The notes under the pieces: generated by a model | Seen by the model: the letters and a program-made list of their open reading frames with translations, nothing else | What the model was told of the DNA's origin: nothing | Databases searched by the model: none | In this document: positions 8,305 through 15,747 of the stretch, one piece after another | Layout: every line of letters begins with the position of its first letter | How positions within the stretch are numbered: the first letter of the stretch is position 1 | DNA from: Terriglobia bacterium | GTDB taxonomy: Bacteria > Acidobacteriota > Terriglobia > 20CM-2-55-15 | Direction: 5' to 3' | DNA: 43,308 nucleotides | NCBI GenBank assembly: GCA_035712125.1 | Contig: DASTBJ010000013.1 | Span: forward strand, 1-43,308 | Translations under genes and position numbers: made by a program

Positions 8305-9725
8305 TTCAGCGTTTCGCCCTGATCGTTCTCGCCTTGATACCATTGACCTTCTCCGCCTTGCCTGCAAGGCCGCTGACGGCGGCACAACGTTCGCTGAATT
8401 TCAGCGAACACATCGCTCCCATCGTGTTCAACCGGTGCACCACGTGTCATCGTCCGGGAGAGGCAGCGCCATTCTCGCTGCTGAACTACGAGGACGTCCG
8501 GAAGCGTGGAAAGCTGATCGCCACCGTGACGAAGAGCCGTTACATGCCGCCGTGGCTGGGGCAGTCGGAGATGGGTTCGTTCCGCGATGACCGGCGACTT
8601 ACGGATGCCGAAATCCAAACGATCCAGGAATGGGTTCAGAACGGAATGCCTGAGGGCGATCCATCAAGAATGCCGAAAACGCCCACATTTACGCCAGGCT
8701 GGCAGTTGGGACAACCGGACCTTATCGTACGCATGGCGGAGCCCTTCGAAATTCCGGCCGACGGGCCGGACATCTTTCGGAATTTTGCCATCCCGCTGAA
8801 TGTCGCTGAGGACAGGTGGGTGCGGGCTGTCGAGTTCCGGTCTGCGGCAAAAGCATCGCATCACGCGTTGTTCTTCCTGGACCAGACAGGCGAGGCGCTG
8901 AAAGCCGACCAGGCGGATGCACGGCCCGGCTTTGTCGGGATGAACTTTCTGGGGGCCGGCGCTGCTGCCCGCGGCGCGCTCGGACAACGGCAGGGACGCG
9001 GCGCCCTGGGGCTGTTAGGCGGACGGTTGGGTCTCGGCGGTTGGGCAGTTGGCGGATCGCCAAGTGGATTGCCGGAAGGTCTCGCGCGATCGTTGCCGTC
9101 TGGCTCAGACCTTGTTCTTCAGATGCACTTTCACCCCACGGGAAAAGTCGAGCGCGAACAGGCCACCGTAGGGATCTACTTCGCCGAAAAGCCTCCCTCA
9201 CGCACCCTTACCGCGCTGCAGATGCCGCCGGTGTTCGGTGCCCTGGCGGGTATCGACATTCCGGCGGGTGAAAAGGGGTACACGATCCGCGATTCGTTCA
9301 CGATGCCGATTGATGCGGAGGTCGTCAGTGCGGGAGGGCACGCGCACTATCTCGCGAAGCAAATGAGAATGACGGCAACACTGCCCGATGGCCAGAAGAA
9401 GGAACTGTTCGACATACCGGATTGGAAATTCAACTGGCAGGAACGGTATTACTTCAGCAAGCCGATCCGGCTGCCAAAAGGAACGAAACTGGATGTCGAG
9501 GTTTCTTACGATAATTCGCCGTCGAATCCGAGCAATCCGAGTAACCCGCCGAAGCGTGTGACTTTTGGTGAGCAGTCGACGGACGAGATGGGATCCGTCA
9601 CTATCGAGATGGTAGCGGTGAGGGAGCGTGATCTTCCTACGTATGTCGCAGCGCTACAGGAGCATGTCCAAACCGCGGTGGTGGAGGCGATTGCTCGCGG
9701 GTTACGCGGGCGACGGGGACGGTAG
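8301..9725 (+). CDS. secreted haem c (CxxCH) domain fused to a PHM/DBH-type bicopper monooxygenase-like domain
   Basis: Start at ATG 8301, with AGGAGG 7 nt upstream; the track ORF begins 12 codons earlier. It has a signal peptide and CTTCH at 8436..8450. The candidate Cu ligands are ASHHALFF, LQMHFHP, GGHAHY and STDEMG, with spacing like peptidylglycine monooxygenase. Confidence 0.75.
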   Translation: MIQRFALIVLALIPLTFSALPARPLTAAQRSLNFSEHIAPIVFNRCTTCHRPGEAAPFSLLNYEDVRKRGKLIATVTKSRYMPPWLGQSEMGSFRDDRRLTDAEIQTIQEWVQNGMPEGDPSRMPKTPTFTPGWQLGQPDLIVRMAEPFEIPADGPDIFRNFAIPLNVAEDRWVRAVEFRSAAKASHHALFFLDQTGEALKADQADARPGFVGMNFLGAGAAARGALGQRQGRGALGLLGGRLGLGGWAVGGSPSGLPEGLARSLPSGSDLVLQMHFHPTGKVEREQATVGIYFAEKPPSRTLTALQMPPVFGALAGIDIPAGEKGYTIRDSFTMPIDAEVVSAGGHAHYLAKQMRMTATLPDGQKKELFDIPDWKFNWQERYYFSKPIRLPKGTKLDVEVSYDNSPSNPSNPSNPPKRVTFGEQSTDEMGSVTIEMVAVRERDLPTYVAALQEHVQTAVVEAIARGLRGRRGR

Positions 9726-9798
9726 GCCGGTTTGTCGGATTCTCCCCTCCCGAGTCCTTCCCATCCGGTTCCCCCCGCAACCGCGCTAAAATGCCGAA

Positions 9799-10227
9799 AT
9801 GGGACGAGTCATCTACACGCCTCCGGGCGGCCCGCCACAAGGCGCCGGCCCCTCCCGCGAAATCTACGCGCTAATGGGCGAGGACAACATCTACCGGATG
9901 ATGTCCGACTTCTACAAGGAACTCGGGTCGTCCGACGTTCGCCATCTCTTTCCGAAGGATCTCGAAGCGGCGTCCCGAAAGTCGGCCGCTTTCTTCATCG
10001 GTCTGCTGGGTGGTCCGCCCCTATACGTCGAAAGGTACGGCTCGCCTCGAATGCGCGCACGACACCTTCCGTTCGAGATCGATCAGCGCGCGCGTGAGGT
10101 GTGGCTGGCATGTTTCGAAAAGGTCCTTGACGGCGCTGAGCTTAAGTACGGTTTTCCGCCCCAGCACCTTCAGGGATTCAAAGACTTTCTGGTGAGCTTT
10201 TCGGGATGGATGGTCAACAAGGCGTAA
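9799..10227 (+). CDS. truncated (2-on-2, bacterial-like) globin family protein
   Basis: 142 aa. FYKEL...HLFP and a MRARHLPFEI proximal-His region are typical of YjbI/trHb-type globins. Confidence 0.7.
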   Translation: MGRVIYTPPGGPPQGAGPSREIYALMGEDNIYRMMSDFYKELGSSDVRHLFPKDLEAASRKSAAFFIGLLGGPPLYVERYGSPRMRARHLPFEIDQRAREVWLACFEKVLDGAELKYGFPPQHLQGFKDFLVSFSGWMVNKA

Positions 10228-10253
10228 CTGCCGCATGTTAGGATAGCCGCCGC

Positions 10254-10979
10254 GTGGAGCAACTCACACCGGAATTTCTGTCGCTTGGTTTCATCTGGTA
10301 CATCGTCTTCCTCTTTTCCACGACGTGTCATGAGGCGTCGCATGCGCTCGCGGCGAAAATCGGGGGGGATCCCACTGCGTTTCATGGCGGGCAGGTCACG
10401 CTGAATCCCGCTCCGCATGTCAGCCGCGAACCCTTTGGCATGGTGCTGATGCCGATCCTCTCGTATCTACTGGGCGGCGGCATGATCGGTTGGGCAAGTG
10501 CTCCTTATGATCCGTTCTGGCAGCAACGTTATCCGCGCCGCGCAGCCTTGATGTCACTGGCAGGTCCTGCCGCAAATTTTGCGCTGGCCATTGTTGCTGC
10601 TGCCGGAATTCATTTTGGTATCGGCGCAGGAGTATTTCAAGCGCCGGCGGTCGCGACCTACGCCCACGTTACTGAAGTGATCGATACGGAAACGGCGAGC
10701 AAGCTGGTGCCGTTCGCAGCATCCATACTGAGCATTCTCTTCTTCGAGAACGTTCTGCTGGGGACGTTCAATCTATTGCCGATGCCGCCTCTCGATGGCG
10801 GAACGGGAATCACCATCCTGATGAGCGAACGTACGGCTCTTCGATTTCTGGAGTTCATCGGTCAGCCGGGATTTCAGATGGCAGGCATGATCCTGGCATG
10901 GTTGGTTTTCGGCCGGCTTTTCGACCCTATATTCACGATGGCGTTGAATATGCTTTACCCTGGTGCGCGCTACGGGTGA
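10254..10979 (+). CDS. site-2 protease family (peptidase M50) membrane metalloprotease
   Basis: HEASHALAA (HExxH) lies in a TM segment, and NLLPMPPLDGG (LDG motif) follows. The protein has multiple hydrophobic helices. Confidence 0.85.
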   Translation: MEQLTPEFLSLGFIWYIVFLFSTTCHEASHALAAKIGGDPTAFHGGQVTLNPAPHVSREPFGMVLMPILSYLLGGGMIGWASAPYDPFWQQRYPRRAALMSLAGPAANFALAIVAAAGIHFGIGAGVFQAPAVATYAHVTEVIDTETASKLVPFAASILSILFFENVLLGTFNLLPMPPLDGGTGITILMSERTALRFLEFIGQPGFQMAGMILAWLVFGRLFDPIFTMALNMLYPGARYG

Positions 10980-11095
10980 GGCCTTTTAGAAATGGACGGG
11001 AATTCGGAGGCAGCGGAGGCGGATCTGGCTGTAAGTGCGGAGGGGGAACTTCCGCATAACCAGTTCTCGCTGCCCCCGAATTCGGGTCGTCGCCA

Positions 11096-11515
11096 TTACT
11101 TCAGTTGTAGGGCGACGGGGTTGGGCGTGGAGCGATTTCCTGCAAGTCTTTTCTCAATCCTGGAGGTCGGCAGAGCGCGACCGTTTTTGTAACCTTGCCA
11201 GTAGATCGAGGCAAGAAAGTTGGTGTCTCCGTAGCGATGGAACACAAGCCTGCTTGAGTTAACCGCATTTGGCGACAAGCCTGTGGTCATTACGAACATC
11301 GTGTTGCCCCGGTTATCGTGCAGACGGACGGCGTCGTGATTCTGTTGGGGTTCCACCGTGTACGTTCCGGCGGGGAATAACCGTTCCGAAATGTAGAAGT
11401 CGAACGGAATGTCGGCACTCAAATACCGCGACTGCGCGAAAAACGGTTGTGCCGAGATCGCGAGGCCAATGGCGACAACCGCCCTCAGCCATAAGCGATC
11501 TTTATTGGTGTTCAT
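11096..11515 (-). CDS. small secreted protein of unknown function
   Basis: I chose the internal ATG 11515..11513 (MNTNKDRLWLRAVVAIGLAISAQPFFAQS, a signal peptide), preceded by AAGGAGA. The track ORF starts at a TTG further upstream. No catalytic motif is recognisable. Confidence 0.6.
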   Translation of the reverse strand: MNTNKDRLWLRAVVAIGLAISAQPFFAQSRYLSADIPFDFYISERLFPAGTYTVEPQQNHDAVRLHDNRGNTMFVMTTGLSPNAVNSSRLVFHRYGDTNFLASIYWQGYKNGRALPTSRIEKRLAGNRSTPNPVALQLK

Positions 11516-11569
11516 TTTCGGTCTCCTTTTTGGCTGTTGTCCGGGGTGTTTGACGGACAGCGCGGAGGG

Positions 11570-11585
11570 AGCAACCTGCATTCCG
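11570..11585 (-). promoter_or_regulatory. candidate sigma54 (-24/-12) promoter for the small secreted protein gene
   Basis: The minus strand reads CGGAATGCAGGTTGCT against the consensus TGGCACG-N4-TTGCW. GG and GC have the required spacing and the TTGCT -12 element is perfect. It lies about 55 nt upstream of the ATG and next to a sigma54 activator gene. Confidence 0.4.
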
Positions 11586-11682
11586 TGGTTTGTAACCGCT
11601 ATCTTGATGAAAAATCTGGGTCGTTTTACTTGTGGTCTATCTTTACCCGCAGGCTGACTATCCAATAAGATGCGGTCCAATC

Positions 11683-13590
11683 ATGAGACCGCGATTAGTT
11701 TCCGTATCTGGTACGCAACCCGCCGAGATGGCTCTGGGCGAAGCCGATCTGACGATCGGACGCGATGCCAGCAACTCGATTCCCCTCGAAGACCCCGCCG
11801 TTTCATCCCGACATTGCGTCATTGTCCGCGACCGCGGCCGCTTTGTCGTGAGAGATCGCGACAGCACCAACGGCACTTTCGTGAACGGCAAAGCGACCAA
11901 CCAGGCTGACCTGAAACACGGGGACGAGATCCAGGTCGGGCACGTCCGTTTTTACTTCCTGGTAGAGGAGGGAAGTATCCCTCTTGCCCCCAAGGTGACC
12001 ATCGAGGATCGCGAAGCTGATGAGTTGATCTCCTCGGAAACGGTCCAACTGGACCCGGTGAATTCTTCCTTCCTTCGCCGGAATCTCAGCCTTGAAGATG
12101 CCGCTCTCCAGCGCAGGGCGAAGGACCTGAGTGTGCTCGTCAGGCTCAATGCCGAACTGCACGATATACCGGACACGGAAACACTTCAGAAGACGCTTCT
12201 CGAGAGAATCTTTGAAACCATCCCCGCTGAAAATGGTGCCATCCTGCTGGGAAATACCGTTGACCAGATGGTTTCAGGGGCCACGCTGTCGCGCAGACCC
12301 GCTCGTTCGCTTTACGTATCCCGAACGATCCTTCAGCAAGTAATGGCCTCGGGACGCGCAGTGCTTCGCAATGATCTGCATGGCCAGGGCGATGTGAGCC
12401 AGAGTTTAAAGACCTCCGGCCTGCGATCGGTATTGTGCGTGCCTCTGACGGTTACGAGTGTTCGCACGGGAGTCGTCTACCTTTCGAATACAAACCCGTC
12501 GACCCGGTTCGATGAGCAACACCTGGAAATGGCAGTGGCCGTAGCCGGAATCGGCGCACTTGCCCTGGAGCATGCCCGCTATGTGGAATGGCTCGAGGTC
12601 CAGAACAGCCAACTGCTGCATGAGGCTGCTCTCCGGCATGAAATGGTAGGCGACAACCCGAGAATGAAGAACGTCTACGAGGCGATTAGCCTCATCGCGC
12701 CCACGGACAGTCCAGCCCTCGTTTTGGGGGAAAGCGGTACGGGTAAGGAACTGGCGGCGCGCGCCATCCATAACAACAGCTCCCGCAAAAACGGTCCTTT
12801 CGTCGCGGTCAACTGCGGGGCCGTTGTGGACACGTTGTTTGCCAGCCAGCTTTTTGGCTACGTTCGCGGCGCCTTTACGGGAGCAGACCGCGATCATAAG
12901 GGCTTTATAGAGGACGCGGATGGCGGGACGTTGTTTCTGGATGAACTTGGCGACCTGCCGCTTCATTGCCAGGCAGCTTTACTGCGTGTTCTCGAGGAAG
13001 GTAAGGTCCAGCGCGTCGGTTCGTCACGTGAGATTCCAGTCGATGTGCGGTTGATCTCCGCGACGAATCGCTCGCTGGTTGACGAGATCCGTAAAGGAAA
13101 CTTTCGGTCGGATCTCTACTTCAGGATGGGGCTGCCCGTCGAACTGCCGCCCCTGCGCGAACGGTTGGATGACATACCGTTGCTGGTGGCGTTCTTTCTC
13201 CAAAAGTACAAGAGCCAGACGCAACGCGAACTGGGCCCGACACATCCCGAAACGATCCGCGTGCTGCAACAGTATGCCTGGCCCGGAAACGTCCGTGAGC
13301 TCGGCAACGCTATCCGGTGGGCGGTCGTTTTCGGAAAGTCCAATCGTCTTCGGCCGGAGGACTTGCCACCGGAGATTGCCGGCAAGGGTAGCAGTCCATC
13401 ATCGGTGCCGAAATTGGAGGCCGCCCTGCAATCCTATGAGAGGCAGGTTATTGTGCGCGCCCTGGAGGAAACACGCGGAAATGTCGTTGAAGCCGCACGT
13501 TTGCTGGATCGTGCGCCAAATTATCTTCAGAGGCGTATCAGCCAGTTGAATCTCCGCGGGGATTTGGACCGAATTCGCGGAACTTCGTGA
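11683..13590 (+). CDS. sigma54-dependent transcriptional activator with N-terminal FHA and central GAF-like domains (no receiver domain)
   Basis: FHA pattern IGRDASNSIPLEDPAVSSRHCVI...STNGTFVNG. AAA+ Walker A GESGTGKE. GAFTGA loop at 12868..12885. C-terminal Fis-type HTH GNVVEAARLLDRAPNYLQRRI. Start chosen at ATG 11683 (MRPRLVSV). Confidence 0.9.
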   Translation: MRPRLVSVSGTQPAEMALGEADLTIGRDASNSIPLEDPAVSSRHCVIVRDRGRFVVRDRDSTNGTFVNGKATNQADLKHGDEIQVGHVRFYFLVEEGSIPLAPKVTIEDREADELISSETVQLDPVNSSFLRRNLSLEDAALQRRAKDLSVLVRLNAELHDIPDTETLQKTLLERIFETIPAENGAILLGNTVDQMVSGATLSRRPARSLYVSRTILQQVMASGRAVLRNDLHGQGDVSQSLKTSGLRSVLCVPLTVTSVRTGVVYLSNTNPSTRFDEQHLEMAVAVAGIGALALEHARYVEWLEVQNSQLLHEAALRHEMVGDNPRMKNVYEAISLIAPTDSPALVLGESGTGKELAARAIHNNSSRKNGPFVAVNCGAVVDTLFASQLFGYVRGAFTGADRDHKGFIEDADGGTLFLDELGDLPLHCQAALLRVLEEGKVQRVGSSREIPVDVRLISATNRSLVDEIRKGNFRSDLYFRMGLPVELPPLRERLDDIPLLVAFFLQKYKSQTQRELGPTHPETIRVLQQYAWPGNVRELGNAIRWAVVFGKSNRLRPEDLPPEIAGKGSSPSSVPKLEAALQSYERQVIVRALEETRGNVVEAARLLDRAPNYLQRRISQLNLRGDLDRIRGTS

Positions 13591-13615
13591 TCTGCCGCAG
13601 GCACCATCCGCTTCC

Positions 13616-14527
13616 TCAGGGCTTCACGCAATGTGTCCTGCCACGAAACATGCGGTGACAATTCATGCAGGAATCGTTGAGCTGATTTGTGGAGTTGCTG
13701 ACGGTCTCCTGGTTCCTTGTCTGGGATGCTTTGTACGCGGCCATGCCCGCCGCTTCAAGTTCCAAGGTGAACTTGACCCAGTCCGGATCCGATACAGGAA
13801 CGGCACGGCCGTTTTCGCAACGGCGGCCAGGAGTGAGCATGAGTTTAGCGGACTCCGCCACGGAAATCGCCGCATAGTCGACAACATCCCATCCTGGATA
13901 AACGCTGCCGCCCCATGTAAACCAGTCGAAGCCTGCTCCCGTGGTGTCGACCGGCGGTTTCTTGGCGCCTGGATCGATAGTCTGAACTGTGAAGATGATA
14001 TTGGAGCTCGGGAACAGAATACCGCGCATCACCTGCGCGACGTTGCCTGATGGCGGCAGGGAAGGTCCGGCCGAATCAGGCGGCTTGACAGGAGCGATCG
14101 CAGGCGCCGGAAAACTCACCTGCTTCAATGAGGCTTCGTTCATAACAAGCTCAGCGCGGCCGCTGGGGAATTTTCCAAGCTGAAGAACGTAGGCGACGAC
14201 ATCGGCGGTTTCCTGATCCGTAAGCCGAGCACTCGGGTCTCTCGGCATGGTGCGGCGGATCTTGTTCGCAAGTTCCGATAACGGCTGCACGTGCCATACC
14301 CCGGCGAAATCACTTCCAGCGAGCGGTGGCCCGCTTCTGCCGGCCAATCCATCGCCGTGACAACTTGCACACCGGGCCTTATAGATCGCCTGTCCCCGTG
14401 CGGCTTGTTGATCGGTATATACGCCGTCATTCACGCTTCGCGCGGGCGTTTGCAATGCGAGTAAAGACGATCCCGCTAACCAGCCCGCCACCAAGATCCC
14501 AATCGCGCGAAGATTTCGCAGGTTCAT
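13616..14527 (-). CDS. exported cytochrome c with two CxxCH sites
   Basis: Start at ATG 14527, with GGGAGGGA upstream, followed by a signal peptide. CASCH is encoded at 14357..14371 in a class-I-like N-terminal domain. CMNCH is encoded at 13654..13668, about 13 residues from the C-terminus. Confidence 0.8.
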   Translation of the reverse strand: MNLRNLRAIGILVAGWLAGSSLLALQTPARSVNDGVYTDQQAARGQAIYKARCASCHGDGLAGRSGPPLAGSDFAGVWHVQPLSELANKIRRTMPRDPSARLTDQETADVVAYVLQLGKFPSGRAELVMNEASLKQVSFPAPAIAPVKPPDSAGPSLPPSGNVAQVMRGILFPSSNIIFTVQTIDPGAKKPPVDTTGAGFDWFTWGGSVYPGWDVVDYAAISVAESAKLMLTPGRRCENGRAVPVSDPDWVKFTLELEAAGMAAYKASQTRNQETVSNSTNQLNDSCMNCHRMFRGRTHCVKP

Positions 14528-14654
14528 CAGTTCCCTCCCGTTGGTTCTCGGGAAGAATAGTCCCAATTCGACAGAACCACAACGCGGCAGGTGCGCAGCG
14601 TTGCCAGGTTCGCTCTCTTGGGGAGATGACTGACGCCATGATATACGGCGGGAT

Positions 14655-15731
14655 ATGCAAGACCGCAGGTCGTTTTTGAAAGTCGCCGCAGGCGCTGCTG
14701 CCGGCATTTTATCGACCGCCTATGGGATTCGAGGTGTACAGCGCGGCCCGGTGGCGCGTCGCCAGGTGTCGATCCAGAATCGGCGCATCAAGGTGATCGA
14801 TATCCATGGGCACTTCGCTATTCCTGAAGAAGCCGATGTCGTCCGGAATACGAACCTTGCAGGGAACGTTCAACTGGGTGGCGCTCTGGTACTCGGACCC
14901 GCACGGCTGCGGGCGATGGACGAACAGGGTGTCGACATGCAGGCTTTGAGCCACCAGGGAGGCTGGTGGTATGGAACGGATCGCGAGACAGCTCGACGGC
15001 TGATCCGCATCCAAAACGAAGGGCTGGCCAGGTGGTGTGCTCAACATCCGGATCGCTTTGTCGGGCTGGCGTCTGTGGCGTTACAGCATCCCGATCTTGC
15101 TGCTGAGCAACTCGAGGAAGCCGTCAAGTCTCTCAATATGCGTGGAGTCGGCATCGCCGGGCATGTCGATGGCGAGGTGCCGTCCGCGCCCAGGTACGAT
15201 CCCTTCTGGGCGAAAGTGCAGGAGCTTGGAGTCCTCGTCTTCGTACATCCGGCCGGTGGCGCGGAGAATGTCATTACTTCCGGAGCCTTGAGGGGACGTG
15301 GCGATCTCGGGAACATCATCGGCAATCCCCTGGAGACGACAGTCTTTCTTTCGCGACTTATTTTCGAAGGAACCCTGGACCGTTTTCCTCGCGTGAGGAT
15401 TTGCGGAGCGCACGCCGGCGGTTATCTCCCTTCCTATCTCGGTCGAACCGATGTTGCCTGCGATGTTCGGCCCGGAGCCAACTGTGCCAACAAGAAGCGT
15501 CCGCGAGATTATTTCAAGGACCAGATTCTTGTCGACTCGATGATTTTTTCCGACGAGGGCCTGCGGCATCTCATTGCTGAAGTCGGCGTGGGTCAGGTTG
15601 TCTATGGCACCGACATGCCATACAACTGGCCTGTTACCGTCGATCTGATCCTCAACTCCAGCTTCCTCAGCAACGCGGACAAGGAGGCGATTCTTGGCGG
15701 GACTCTGGCGAAGCTGCTAAGAATTTCGTGA
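14655..15731 (+). CDS. Tat-exported amidohydrolase (Amidohydro_2 / ACMSD-like metal-dependent hydrolase)
   Basis: Twin-arginine signal MQDRRSFLKVAAGAAAG. HxH motif VIDIHGHF and a late GTDMPY aspartate. Confidence 0.8.
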   Translation: MQDRRSFLKVAAGAAAGILSTAYGIRGVQRGPVARRQVSIQNRRIKVIDIHGHFAIPEEADVVRNTNLAGNVQLGGALVLGPARLRAMDEQGVDMQALSHQGGWWYGTDRETARRLIRIQNEGLARWCAQHPDRFVGLASVALQHPDLAAEQLEEAVKSLNMRGVGIAGHVDGEVPSAPRYDPFWAKVQELGVLVFVHPAGGAENVITSGALRGRGDLGNIIGNPLETTVFLSRLIFEGTLDRFPRVRICGAHAGGYLPSYLGRTDVACDVRPGANCANKKRPRDYFKDQILVDSMIFSDEGLRHLIAEVGVGQVVYGTDMPYNWPVTVDLILNSSFLSNADKEAILGGTLAKLLRIS

Positions 15732-15747
15732 AATTACTCGCATCAGG

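Noticed and set aside
9516-9551. PSNPSNPSNP tripeptide repeat in the haem-copper protein, considered as a slippage-prone microsatellite
   Set aside because: The three units use different codons (tcg aat ccg / agc aat ccg / agt aac ccg). There is therefore no perfect DNA repeat to drive phase variation.
9784-9789. TAAAAT -10-like hexamer 9 nt before the globin ATG, considered as a promoter for a leaderless transcript
   Set aside because: No acceptable -35 element lies at 16-18 nt upstream, and a single A/T-rich hexamer is weak evidence.
10980-11095. Two GAATTC-centred partial palindromes in the convergent spacer after the M50 protease gene, considered as a bidirectional terminator
   Set aside because: The arms pair only over the 6-bp GAATTC core and no T-tract follows. 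This is not enough for a terminator call.
14590-14608. TGGCAA..GCA (minus strand) and GG..TTGC (plus strand) sigma54-like matches in the cytochrome c / amidohydrolase divergent spacer
   Set aside because: In both orientations the GG-to-GC spacing is off by one nucleotide from the strict GG-N10-GC requirement.
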